Shown here: one piece after another, positions 8,797 through 17,193 of the stretch | How the letters are laid out: every line of letters starts with the position of its first letter | How positions within the stretch are numbered: the stretch's first letter is position 1 | Source: Candidatus Pacearchaeota archaeon | Lineage (GTDB): Archaea; Nanobdellota; Nanobdellia; Pacearchaeales; GW2011-AR1 | Assembly (NCBI GenBank): GCA_040879805.1 | Contig: JBBDJP010000005.1 | Location: 1 to 43,938, forward strand | Reading direction: 5' to 3' | Length of the DNA stretch: 43,938 bases | Program-made: the position numbers and the translations under genes | Notes under the pieces: generated by a model | Seen by the model: only the letters and a program-made list of their open reading frames with translations | The model's database searches: none | Told to the model about the DNA's origin: nothing

Positions 8797-9131
8797 GAGA
8801 AAAAACACCTATGGAATTACTTAAGGAGATAGCTCCAGAATTTGCTCAAAGCCAGATGAATGATAAAAAAACTCTTTTTGATGATGAGAAATATCAACAA
8901 ATACCTAAAAAGTATAAATTTCTTATAGGTCTTGCAACAGCTGCAGCATTAGGTTCTGACATGTGTACAAGAATGTGGACAAAACAGGCAATTGCTTCAG
9001 GTGCAAACAAATCAGAAGTGACAGAAGCAATGATGGTTGCAAGATTTTTAAAACAGGCAACAGTCAACGATACTATTGCAAGTTCCATTGAGAAGTTCAT
9101 TTTACAGGATGAAGGAGAAAAAAATGAATGA
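8793..9131 (+). CDS. Carboxymuconolactone decarboxylase/AhpD-like protein
   Basis: IPKKYKFLIGLA...C...A...GANKSEVTEA pattern; a single Cys rather than CxxC. Confidence 0.75.
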   Translation: MREKTPMELLKEIAPEFAQSQMNDKKTLFDDEKYQQIPKKYKFLIGLATAAALGSDMCTRMWTKQAIASGANKSEVTEAMMVARFLKQATVNDTIASSIEKFILQDEGEKNE

Positions 9132-9468
9132 AGAAATAAAAAATAAAACAAAAGAGTTTGCACAGGCAATTTTAGAAAGCGAAGAGTATAAAACATTTAT
9201 ATCTGTCTCAGATGATTTAAAAAAAAGTGAAGATTCAAATTTATTAAAAGAGTTCCAAAATAAACAAATGGAATTACGGCGGAAAGGATTTGATCCTTCG
9301 CTAATGGAAGAACTAAGAGAATTGCAAACAAAAATAAATAAGAGTGAAACAATACAACAATTTGCCAAAACTCAAAATGAATTGGTTGATTTATTAAAAA
9401 GAACAAATAACCTTATTAGCTTAAGAATAAATATGCCTTTTGTAAGTGCTATGAGAGGTGGTTGCTGA
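9124..9468 (+). CDS. YlbF-family helical protein ending in RGGC
   Basis: EFAQAILESEEYK N-terminus, coiled-coil body; start moved to ATG 9124. Confidence 0.7.
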   Translation: MNEEIKNKTKEFAQAILESEEYKTFISVSDDLKKSEDSNLLKEFQNKQMELRRKGFDPSLMEELRELQTKINKSETIQQFAKTQNELVDLLKRTNNLISLRINMPFVSAMRGGC

Positions 9469-9671
9469 TGAATGGAAAAAATCCTTCAAATCAACATGCA
9501 ATAATAAAAGCAAAAGAACTTGCTGAAGCAATCAAAAATAGTGAAGAATTTAAAGATGGCGATGTTGTTGCATTGCAAAGCGTTCTTACAAAATGTAATA
9601 GAATAATTAGTGAGAGTATCAAAATTAATTATGAAGCAGTTTGCCAACCAAGAGGAGGCTGTTGTGGTTAA
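9468..9671 (+). CDS. Short YlbF-like protein ending in RGGCCG
   Basis: AKELAEAIKNSEEF resembles the N-terminus of the preceding protein; TGATG overlap coupling. Confidence 0.65.
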   Translation: MNGKNPSNQHAIIKAKELAEAIKNSEEFKDGDVVALQSVLTKCNRIISESIKINYEAVCQPRGGCCG

Positions 9672-9675
9672 AAAA

Positions 9676-9873
9676 ATGGGTTTATTTTCATTATTCAAGG
9701 AAAAAGAAAAAGTGTTGCAGTGCGATTGGTGTAAAAACGAAATAGATACTCCTTCCTATACCAAAGTTTTTGGTAATACTAAATATGGATTTTGTTCTGA
9801 TTCCTGTAAGCAAAATTTTAGAAGCTGGTTTAAAAAAATGCGTTCTTGCGGGCCAAGTTGTGCTTGTCATTGA
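9676..9873 (+). CDS. Small TRASH/YHS-like metal-binding protein with CGPSCACH tail
   Basis: CDWC...YGFCSDSC; start moved to ATG 9676. Confidence 0.7.
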   Translation: MGLFSLFKEKEKVLQCDWCKNEIDTPSYTKVFGNTKYGFCSDSCKQNFRSWFKKMRSCGPSCACH

Positions 9874-9976
9874 ATATTAATATTTCTCATAAAGTGAGAC
9901 AATATGTGCGTAGCACCTGGACTCCCCCTCTTTTGCTTCTTTTTCTAAAAGAAGAGAGAACTTAAACACAATTGAA

Positions 9977-10000
9977 TTTAACATCGCGATTAAGAGAAGT
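9977..10000. repeat. 24-bp direct repeat, copy 2 (attC right half only)
   Basis: Identical to 6046-6069; no complementary arm found in 10000-10115. Confidence 0.97.
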
Positions 10001-10115
10001 GACAATCCCTCCAAAAATTTTTCGGGCATTCAGATATAAAAACCACGCAAATCTACACACAAATTTCACAAGCATCAATCAAAAATGTTAAAAGCCCTTT
10101 AGACAATATTAATTT

Positions 10116-10700
10116 ATGAGACACTTCGTTTATTTTTCATCAACAGCACAAACTTCAGGAAAAGCACTTTCAAAAAAAGATTTGATGAAAGCTGGAAGAA
10201 TAGATATTGCAATCCATACTATAATAAATTCATTTTTTATTTCAAACAAACTCAGAGATGATGTTGTTCTTCATCTTATTTTTTACGGAATGCCTGACCC
10301 TCCAAAGCACATAGAACTTCATATTAAACCTGAAACTGAATTAAGTAAAAAAGATATTGGAACTTTGTTAAAAAAAATTCTTTACAAATACCAAGAAGGT
10401 AGGAAAAATGAGGTTCATCCAGGATGTTTTGTAGAGAAAAAAAGTTTTCTTAATGTGATTGAAGAACTTAGAGATGAAGATAGAGAAATCTTCATTTTGG
10501 ATGAAGGGGGTGAAGAACTTAGAGAAGTTAAAATCCCTGAGGGAAGTGTTTTTGTTCTTGGGGATCAAAACGGACTTCCAAAAAAAGAGTTAAAAAGACT
10601 GAAAAAGAATTGTAAGGTTGTCTCTGTAGGTCCCGAAATCTATTTTGCAAGCCAGGTTGTAACAATAATAAATAACGAATTAGATTTGAGAAAAATTTGA
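10116..10700 (+). CDS. trmY: tRNA pseudouridine-N1 methyltransferase TrmY (SPOUT)
   Basis: GRIDI, SFFISNKLRDDVVLHL, PDPPK, FVLGDQNGL, SVGPEIYFASQ. Confidence 0.85.
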   Translation: MRHFVYFSSTAQTSGKALSKKDLMKAGRIDIAIHTIINSFFISNKLRDDVVLHLIFYGMPDPPKHIELHIKPETELSKKDIGTLLKKILYKYQEGRKNEVHPGCFVEKKSFLNVIEELRDEDREIFILDEGGEELREVKIPEGSVFVLGDQNGLPKKELKRLKKNCKVVSVGPEIYFASQVVTIINNELDLRKI

Positions 10701-10748
10701 GTTAGAATACAGATAAAACTTAATAAATCAACTTTACTACTTTAAATT

Positions 10749-11024
10749 ATGAAAAAATCAGTGAGACTTTATATTGAAGGGACTGTACAGGGAGTATTTT
10801 TCAGAGCATTTGTAAAAGAAAATGCAGAAAGGTATAATGTCAAGGGCTTTGTAAGAAATCTAGAGGATGGAAGAATTGAAACTTTTTTGGAAGGAAATTC
10901 GCCTGATGTAAATAAAATGATTGAAACTGTAAAGAAAGGTCCAAAACACTCTCAAATAAGGAAAGTCATTGAGAAAAAAGAAAGGTTCCAAGATTTTAAA
11001 AGTTTCAAGGTGTTGCATATTTAA
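10749..11024 (+). CDS. acyP: Acylphosphatase
   Basis: GTVQGVFFR, GFVRNLEDGRIE, GPKHS. Confidence 0.95.
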   Translation: MKKSVRLYIEGTVQGVFFRAFVKENAERYNVKGFVRNLEDGRIETFLEGNSPDVNKMIETVKKGPKHSQIRKVIEKKERFQDFKSFKVLHI

Positions 11025-11025
11025 A

Positions 11026-12513
11026 ATGGTAGAGAAATTCTTTTGGGCAGATAAAATTGCAGATGAAATAATTAAGTTAAATGATAAAAAAGAATATGTT
11101 TGTGCTTCTGGGATAACTCCTTCTGGAACAATTCATATAGGAAATTTCAGAGAAGTAATCACTACTGACTTAGTCGTTAAAGCTCTTCAAGATAAAGGAA
11201 AAAAGGTTAGATTTATTTATTCTTGGGATGATTATGATCGGTTTAGAAAAGTTCCTACGAATGTTCCTAAGAATTATGAAAAATATATTGGATTTCCTTT
11301 AAGTAAATTTCCTCATCCTTCAAACAAAAAAATTAGTTATGCTGAATACTTTGAAAAAGAATTTGAGAGTTCTCTTGAAAAATTGGGAATAAAGCCCGAA
11401 TTTATAAGACAGAGCATTATGAATGAAAATTGTAAATATTCTTCTCTTATAAAAACATCTCTAGATAAAAAGGATGAAATAAAAAAGATCCTTAATAAAT
11501 ATAGGAAAGAACCTTTAGGTAAGGATTGGTATCCTTTTGTTGTTTATTGTGAAAAATGTAATAAAGATTCTACAAAAATAATTTATGCAGAAGATTACAA
11601 TATTGAATATTCTTGTAAGTGTGGTTTTCAAAATAAAATAGATTACCGAAAAAAGGGCATAGTTAAACTTAAATGGAGGGTTGACTGGCCTGGAAGATGG
11701 AAATATGAGAATGTTGACTTTGAACCTGGTGGAATTGATCATAGTGCTTCAGGAGGTTCTTTTGACACTTCGAAAATTATTGTTAAGAAAATTTTTGATC
11801 ATAAAGCTCCAAAATACACTTTTTATGAATGGGTCAGAATAAAAGGGGGAAAAGAATTCTCTAGCTCTTCAGGAAATGCAGTTTCTCTAGCCGAAGTTGA
11901 AAGTGTTTATGAGCCAGAAGTCTTGAGATATATTTTTGTTGGAACAAGACCTAATAAAGGTTTTCAGATAAGTTTTGATAATGATATAATTAAGATCTAT
12001 GAAGAATATGATGATCTTGAACATAGGTATTTTGAAAAACTTGTTGATCCACAAGAAAAAAGAATCTATGAATTATCTCAAATAAAGATACCAAAAAAGA
12101 AACCTAATAGAGAAAATTTCAGACACTTAATAACTCTTGTGCAAACAGGTAAAGAAAATGAACTTAATTCTCTATCAAAAAAAAGAGCTGAAAAAGTTAA
12201 AAATTGGCTGAAGAATTATGCGGGAGAAGATATGGGATTTGAGGTTCAAGATGAAATAAAAATAGATTTAACAGATCCTCAAAAAGAAGCACTTATATTG
12301 TTAAAAGAATCTTTGGCAACAAAAGAGTTTAATGAAGAAGAATTGTTTAATGAATTCTATAATATTTGTGAGAATATTGGAATCAAACATAAGGATTTCT
12401 TTCAGACTGCATATAGAGTCATTATTAATAAAACAAAAGGTCCAAGACTTGCAGGATTGATTCTTGTAATTGGTCAAAAAAATGTCGTGGATCTTTTAGA
12501 AAAGATAAAATAA
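11026..12513 (+). CDS. lysS: Lysyl-tRNA synthetase, class I
   Basis: FWAD, GITPSGTIHIGNFRE, KLKWRVDWP, EPGGIDH, GPRL; start moved to ATG 11026. Confidence 0.96.
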   Translation: MVEKFFWADKIADEIIKLNDKKEYVCASGITPSGTIHIGNFREVITTDLVVKALQDKGKKVRFIYSWDDYDRFRKVPTNVPKNYEKYIGFPLSKFPHPSNKKISYAEYFEKEFESSLEKLGIKPEFIRQSIMNENCKYSSLIKTSLDKKDEIKKILNKYRKEPLGKDWYPFVVYCEKCNKDSTKIIYAEDYNIEYSCKCGFQNKIDYRKKGIVKLKWRVDWPGRWKYENVDFEPGGIDHSASGGSFDTSKIIVKKIFDHKAPKYTFYEWVRIKGGKEFSSSSGNAVSLAEVESVYEPEVLRYIFVGTRPNKGFQISFDNDIIKIYEEYDDLEHRYFEKLVDPQEKRIYELSQIKIPKKKPNRENFRHLITLVQTGKENELNSLSKKRAEKVKNWLKNYAGEDMGFEVQDEIKIDLTDPQKEALILLKESLATKEFNEEELFNEFYNICENIGIKHKDFFQTAYRVIINKTKGPRLAGLILVIGQKNVVDLLEKIK

Positions 12514-12514
12514 A

Positions 12515-13102
12515 ATGGGAACATTACCAATTTCTAGAGAACAAGCACTTGAACTCGTGAAGAAATATAATGAGGATAATAGAGATTTAATTCATTATCT
12601 TGAATCTGAAGCAGTTATGTGTGAGCTGGCAAAAAGACTTGGTAAAGATGAAGAATATTGGAGTATGCTTGGCTTGTTGCATGATATTGATTGGGGATTG
12701 ACAAAAGATAAAGTTGAAACGCACCTTACTAAGGCTCCAGAAATCTTGAAAGAAGCAGGATTTGATGAAAAGTTTATTCGGATTGTTTTGAGTCATGGAT
12801 ATGGTTTTGATGAATTGCCTCATCTTAAAGACAAGGAAAGAAATGAGGAAGTTGAATATGCACTTGCAGCTTCTGAAACAATTACTGGTTTAATTCATGC
12901 TTATGCCTTAATGAGAGATAATAGAATCTCAAATATGAAATCAAAAGGTTTGAAAAAGAAATTCAAGGACAAAAATTTTGCAGCCAAAGTTGACAGAGAT
13001 GTTATTCGTGAATCTGAAAATTTGGGGATTGAATTAAGTGAATTTTTTGAAATTGCTATCGAAGGAATTAAAAAGATAAAAGATGGGGTTGGATTAGAAT
13101 AA
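12515..13102 (+). CDS. HD-domain (HDIG) phosphohydrolase
   Basis: H-x-x-ESEA, GLLHDID, SH motif, KKKFKDKNFAA. Confidence 0.88.
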   Translation: MGTLPISREQALELVKKYNEDNRDLIHYLESEAVMCELAKRLGKDEEYWSMLGLLHDIDWGLTKDKVETHLTKAPEILKEAGFDEKFIRIVLSHGYGFDELPHLKDKERNEEVEYALAASETITGLIHAYALMRDNRISNMKSKGLKKKFKDKNFAAKVDRDVIRESENLGIELSEFFEIAIEGIKKIKDGVGLE

Positions 13103-13108
13103 ATAAAA

Positions 13109-13525
13109 ATGGGAAAAAGAAATTCAAAGAAAAAGAGGTCGAGAAAAAAGAGTTCAGACGCTTCAAACGTTTTTGTTTCTGTATTGGCCATAGTGAGTAT
13201 AATGGGATTTACAGCCATAATTTCTGAAAGTTGGTTTGGATTTGGATTAACATCTTATGTTGAATCTTTAATACTTCTTGTTCTAGGAACGGGATTCCTA
13301 CTCGAATCTGAACCAAAATTAATTTTTAAAAAAAGGAGGGAAATAGATGAAATAAATTTTGGGAGATTAACAACATTTGTGGTTGGATGTCTATCGGTAA
13401 TTGCAGGAATTTTAAGCTTCCCTCATATAAATATACAACACTATGTCTTCCTCTCAATCAAAGGACTTATAAGTTTTATAGCAATAATTTTCATAATTAT
13501 TCAAACTTGGTTTATTAAAAAATAA
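13109..13525 (+). CDS. 4-TM membrane protein
   Basis: Basic N-terminus followed by four hydrophobic segments. Confidence 0.7.
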   Translation: MGKRNSKKKRSRKKSSDASNVFVSVLAIVSIMGFTAIISESWFGFGLTSYVESLILLVLGTGFLLESEPKLIFKKRREIDEINFGRLTTFVVGCLSVIAGILSFPHINIQHYVFLSIKGLISFIAIIFIIIQTWFIKK

Positions 13526-13526
13526 A

Positions 13527-13712
13527 ATGGGATTAGTAGTCAAATCAAATATACGGAAAGTTGTAAAAGAAATTGATAAAGAGAACTCTATTTCCAGTGT
13601 TGCTGAAGAAGTTGGTAGAGCCCTTGAAAGAAAAGTAGAAGATATTTTGGGAGATGCGATTAAGAGGGCAAAAGAAAATGGAAGAAGAACTTTACAAGCT
13701 AGAGACTTGTAA
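13527..13712 (+). CDS. Short histone-fold protein (DUF1931/Bd0055-like)
   Basis: LVVKSNIR...RAKENGRRTLQARDL, with the histone RxT and RD clamp. Confidence 0.85.
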   Translation: MGLVVKSNIRKVVKEIDKENSISSVAEEVGRALERKVEDILGDAIKRAKENGRRTLQARDL

Positions 13713-13714
13713 AA

Positions 13715-13918
13715 TTAAACAGCATAAAGGGAATAGTAAAAAGCCATGTGGGCTAAAGGCAGAGTTAGATTTCCAAAAAGTTCAGTATACTTTATTATTG
13801 GATCTTTTTCTGAAAGAATTTTGGGAATATGTCTGAATGATTTAAATGGGATAAAACAATCTGAAAGATTATATTTTATATCTTCTAAATTATCCAGTTC
13901 TTTCTCTAATTTTGACAT
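13715..13918 (-). CDS. Hypothetical small protein
   Basis: 67-aa ORF filling the gap; no recognised motif. Confidence 0.4.
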   Translation of the reverse strand: MSKLEKELDNLEDIKYNLSDCFIPFKSFRHIPKILSEKDPIIKYTELFGNLTLPLAHMAFYYSLYAV

Positions 13919-13969
13919 TTAATTAAACAGTAAGATAAATTTATAAATATTTGTTGTTTTTTTTTATGT

Positions 13970-14128
13970 ATGAAAAAGAGTAAATTTCCTGTTTTGGCAG
14001 TCATTCTTTTGATCTTTGCAGCTGTCTGGTTCTCTAAAGAAATGGGATATTATCAGATTGATCTTCCGTGGATTCCTGTGATTCTTGGAGTAATTGCTAT
14101 AGGGATGATATTCAATAGATTCGGATAA
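13970..14128 (+). CDS. Small 2-TM membrane protein (52 aa; not in the ORF track)
   Basis: Translated by hand: MKKSKFPVLAVILLIFAAVWFSKEMGYYQIDLPWIPVILGVIAIGMIFNRFG; TTTATAAA box upstream. Confidence 0.7.
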   Translation: MKKSKFPVLAVILLIFAAVWFSKEMGYYQIDLPWIPVILGVIAIGMIFNRFG

Positions 14129-14141
14129 TAAATTTAGTAAA

Positions 14142-14534
14142 ATGCCAAAAAATAAATCTAAAGGAAGTAATGCTGAAAGAGATCTTTTTAGAAAATTTGT
14201 GGAAAATGATTATCGGGCCGTTAGGGTTGCAGGATCGGGTCAAATGGAAAATGCTGATTGTGATTTGATAGCCGGTAAAAAAGGGAAAAGTAAATATTCT
14301 GTTGAAGTGAAATCTTCAAGAAAACCTTACAAATACATAAGTAAGGAACAAATTGAAAATTTCAAAACCTTTTCTGATTTATTTGGATTAAAACCAGTAA
14401 TTGCATTAAAATTTTTCAGGGAAGATTGGATTTTTATTACAGTTAATCAAATGAGGGATTCAGGAAAAAATTTTGTGATAAGTCTTGAAGAAGCTAAGAA
14501 AAAAGGGAAAAAGTTTTCAGATTTTTTTAAATAA
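14142..14534 (+). CDS. hjc: Holliday junction resolvase Hjc
   Basis: KGSNAERDL, RVAGSG, DLIAG, VEVK (PD-(D/E)xK). Confidence 0.93.
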   Translation: MPKNKSKGSNAERDLFRKFVENDYRAVRVAGSGQMENADCDLIAGKKGKSKYSVEVKSSRKPYKYISKEQIENFKTFSDLFGLKPVIALKFFREDWIFITVNQMRDSGKNFVISLEEAKKKGKKFSDFFK

Positions 14535-14585
14535 ATTTAATCCAAATATCAAAAAACTTAAATTTCCGTCTTTTTTATTATTTCT

Positions 14586-15287
14586 ATGAAATTTAAGATA
14601 TTGTTCATCCTAACCTTTTTTGCATTATTTCTTGGAATTAATGGAATTTTTGTTTCAGGACAAAATATAACTGCAGACTTTCTTCAAGAAGTTGGTTTAG
14701 GAGAAGAATTCACAATAACAATTACTCTAACTAATTTTTCCGAAGGAGAATATGATGTTAAATTTGATACTCAAAAAAGTGGAGGTAATTTGTTAAAAGT
14801 TTATAATAATGGGCAATGGAAATCTAGTTTTTATTATATAAAAAATGCCATTTCTAACGATGATAAAAAAGATTTTATGTTGAAATCTGAAGATTATTCG
14901 GGAGTCCTTGAATTTGAAATTAGGGTTAGAAAGTCTGGACAAAGTACATTTACTCCCTCTGGCATATATGAAATTAAAATATCTAAGGGAGAAATTAAAG
15001 AGGAAACAGATGATATTGAAAATGAATCTGAAAATAGTTCTGCAGAGGTTGAAGAAAATGAAGATTCTAGATATTTTGAGCCAACAGGAAAAATAACTGA
15101 AGAAACTTCTAAAGGAGATATGGAATCTCTTAAAATAATTTCACTAAACCCCAAAGATATAAAAAGTGAGGAAAATTCTTCAGAAAGAAAGATTAATTAC
15201 CCTGTCTATGGATTTGTGGCTTTCTCGATTTTAATCGGAATTTTGTTCCTTATCCAGAAAAGGAAATATAAAAATGAATTCAGATGA
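14586..15287 (+). CDS. Secreted, C-terminally anchored surface protein
   Basis: Signal peptide, beta-rich domain, acidic linker, C-terminal TM plus basic tail. Confidence 0.75.
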   Translation: MKFKILFILTFFALFLGINGIFVSGQNITADFLQEVGLGEEFTITITLTNFSEGEYDVKFDTQKSGGNLLKVYNNGQWKSSFYYIKNAISNDDKKDFMLKSEDYSGVLEFEIRVRKSGQSTFTPSGIYEIKISKGEIKEETDDIENESENSSAEVEENEDSRYFEPTGKITEETSKGDMESLKIISLNPKDIKSEENSSERKINYPVYGFVAFSILIGILFLIQKRKYKNEFR

Positions 15288-15870
15288 AAAAATAAAGGCA
15301 CTAATAATTCTTGATATTATAGGTAGACCTGCAGAACATCTTATAGATACTCTTAATGCCCTTATTGGAGATTTAGAAAAAGAAAAGGGAGTTGATGTTG
15401 TTTCAAAAAAAATAAGAGAACCTGTTCCCATGAAAGAACGAGGGGATTTCTTTACAACTTTTGCAGAGGTTGAAATTGATGTGAATGAAATTTCCCGCCT
15501 TACAGAATTGATGTTTAAATATATGCCTGCAAATATTGAAATTATTTCTCCAGAAATGCTTGTAGTTGCAAATGACAGGATAAATCAACTTTTGAACGAC
15601 CTTGTAATAAAACTTCACAGATATGATGAAATAGCAAGGGTGATGCAATTAGAAAAACAAGTTCTTTTTAAAAAAATTAAAGAAATGGGTGGAGAGATTC
15701 CCTCACAGGTAAGCCCTGTTGCACAAATACATCAACCTGGTCAAGAGCAAAAACCTTCCAAAAAAACAATTATTTCAAAACCTAAAACAAAGAAGAATAA
15801 ACCTAAAAAGAAAACTTCTGTGAAAAAAAAGTCTTCTAAAAAATCTAGAAAGAAAGGAAAAAAGAAATAA
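15274..15870 (+). CDS. Hypothetical protein with Lys-rich tail
   Basis: 198-aa ORF with a globular N-domain, coiled coil and K-rich C-terminus. Confidence 0.75.
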   Translation: MNSDEKIKALIILDIIGRPAEHLIDTLNALIGDLEKEKGVDVVSKKIREPVPMKERGDFFTTFAEVEIDVNEISRLTELMFKYMPANIEIISPEMLVVANDRINQLLNDLVIKLHRYDEIARVMQLEKQVLFKKIKEMGGEIPSQVSPVAQIHQPGQEQKPSKKTIISKPKTKKNKPKKKTSVKKKSSKKSRKKGKKK

Positions 15871-17157
15871 TTACTTCTTCTTACCTAAAGAAAGTATATC
15901 TGTCTTGGGTCTTGCTTTTTTGTATTTTTTAAAAAACCAGACTAGAAGTATTAGAATTATTACTACTAATCCCCAACCAATAATTTTTCCTGTGTTTTTC
16001 TCTTTAACTTCTTCGCAAATTGAAGGAGGAACACAACATGAACCTTCTCTTGTAGAAACTGTTTCGCCATTACATTTTTCACTACTTCCACAAATTTGAC
16101 CTTCCAATTGTTCACATGTAGTAATTATTCCTGGTTCTTCCTCTTCTTCAGAAATAAAATCTTTTATGAAATTCAATGAAATTAAAAATGATGTTGAGAA
16201 ATCCTCCGTTTGTGCAACAATGCTTCCTTCAATTTTTGTTTCATTGCTGCTAGAATTTATAAAAATCTCAATTTTTTGTGTAGAACCTTCATTTAACAAA
16301 CTAATTTTGGAAGGAGAAACATTCATATAAGAGTTTAAAGAAGATGATATCTCCAAAGAAATATTTTCTATAGGAACTTCCCCATCATTTACTAAATAAA
16401 TTATTCTTTTTGCATCTGAATCTGTTGTTATATTTATGTCTGTACTTGATGGTTCAAATCTTAAGCTAGTTATTTTTTCTTCCTCTTTTTCATTCTGATC
16501 AAAATCTTCTTTAAATTCAAAATAAACAGGTATAAAATAAGTTGTTGATTCTGAACTTAATTCTATCTCACTTAAAAAAGATTCATTTATTCCATCTGTC
16601 TGAAATTCTACATCCATTATCTCTCCTGAAACTAATTCTATTTGATTTTCATTAGTTGAAAAAAAGGACGATTCTATTGAAATTGCTTTTCTATTTGATT
16701 TTAAATTCTGTATTTGGAGTGAGAAATCTCCTGAAGTTTTAACAATTCCAGGGTTAATTGAAAAATCTGCTAAATTATCTGTTATTGTAAAAGGAATTAT
16801 TATGTCTTCATCTGTTGTCTGAGTTCCTAATATATATCTTACTCCTTCTACCCTTAAAGAATAATTTCCTTCCTGCTTATCTAGCAACCTTGCATAAATA
16901 TAAAAATCATCAGAAATCTTTTCGACTTCATAATTCATAGGAACTCTTTCATGATCTCTGTAAAAAAATACATCTCCATTTGTTATTTGATCTACAAAAT
17001 TTCCAGAAATTCTTACAATCAAAGTTTCACCTTGATCAAAATCTGTTGAGTTTTTTGTGAACTCTGATTCTGCTGAGAAAACAAAAGGCGTTAATATCAA
17101 AGATATAAAAACTGTTAAAGCAAAAACTGTGAAAAAATTTCTTTTCTTTATTCTCAT
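15871..17157 (-). CDS. Secreted Ig-like/Cys-repeat surface protein with C-terminal TM
   Basis: Signal peptide, beta-sandwich-like segments, C-x7-C-x5-C-x11-CC module, TM plus KK tail. Confidence 0.75.
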   Translation of the reverse strand: MRIKKRNFFTVFALTVFISLILTPFVFSAESEFTKNSTDFDQGETLIVRISGNFVDQITNGDVFFYRDHERVPMNYEVEKISDDFYIYARLLDKQEGNYSLRVEGVRYILGTQTTDEDIIIPFTITDNLADFSINPGIVKTSGDFSLQIQNLKSNRKAISIESSFFSTNENQIELVSGEIMDVEFQTDGINESFLSEIELSSESTTYFIPVYFEFKEDFDQNEKEEEKITSLRFEPSSTDINITTDSDAKRIIYLVNDGEVPIENISLEISSSLNSYMNVSPSKISLLNEGSTQKIEIFINSSSNETKIEGSIVAQTEDFSTSFLISLNFIKDFISEEEEEPGIITTCEQLEGQICGSSEKCNGETVSTREGSCCVPPSICEEVKEKNTGKIIGWGLVVIILILLVWFFKKYKKARPKTDILSLGKKK

Positions 17158-17193
17158 ACTTCATTGAGAGAAAAAGGGTTAATAAATTTTTAT

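Larger units (their letters stand above)
6051..9981 (-). mobile_element. Putative integron-type gene cassette / islet carrying the ars operon
   Basis: Bounded by two G|TTRRRY cores on the minus strand (GTTAAAT at 9976-9982, GTTAAAC at 6045-6051); interrupts the truB-trmY neighbourhood; no recombinase inside. Confidence 0.6.

Noticed and set aside
9451-9471. Selenocysteine readthrough (RGGC-UGA paralleling RGGCC)
   Set aside because: Followed immediately by a second TGA; the TGATG overlap is explained by translational coupling; no SECIS or sel genes visible
6051-9981. Autonomous transposon or integrative element
   Set aside because: No transposase, integrase or terminal inverted repeats inside; the boundary is not a tRNA end
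6046-10000. 24-bp repeat as a CRISPR repeat
   Set aside because: Only two copies, 3.9 kb apart, with no spacers and no cas genes
15780-15870. Lys-rich termini on many proteins (15274, 19065, 36271, 36995, 13109)
   Set aside because: Largely explained by strong AT/A-skew bias; no shared motif
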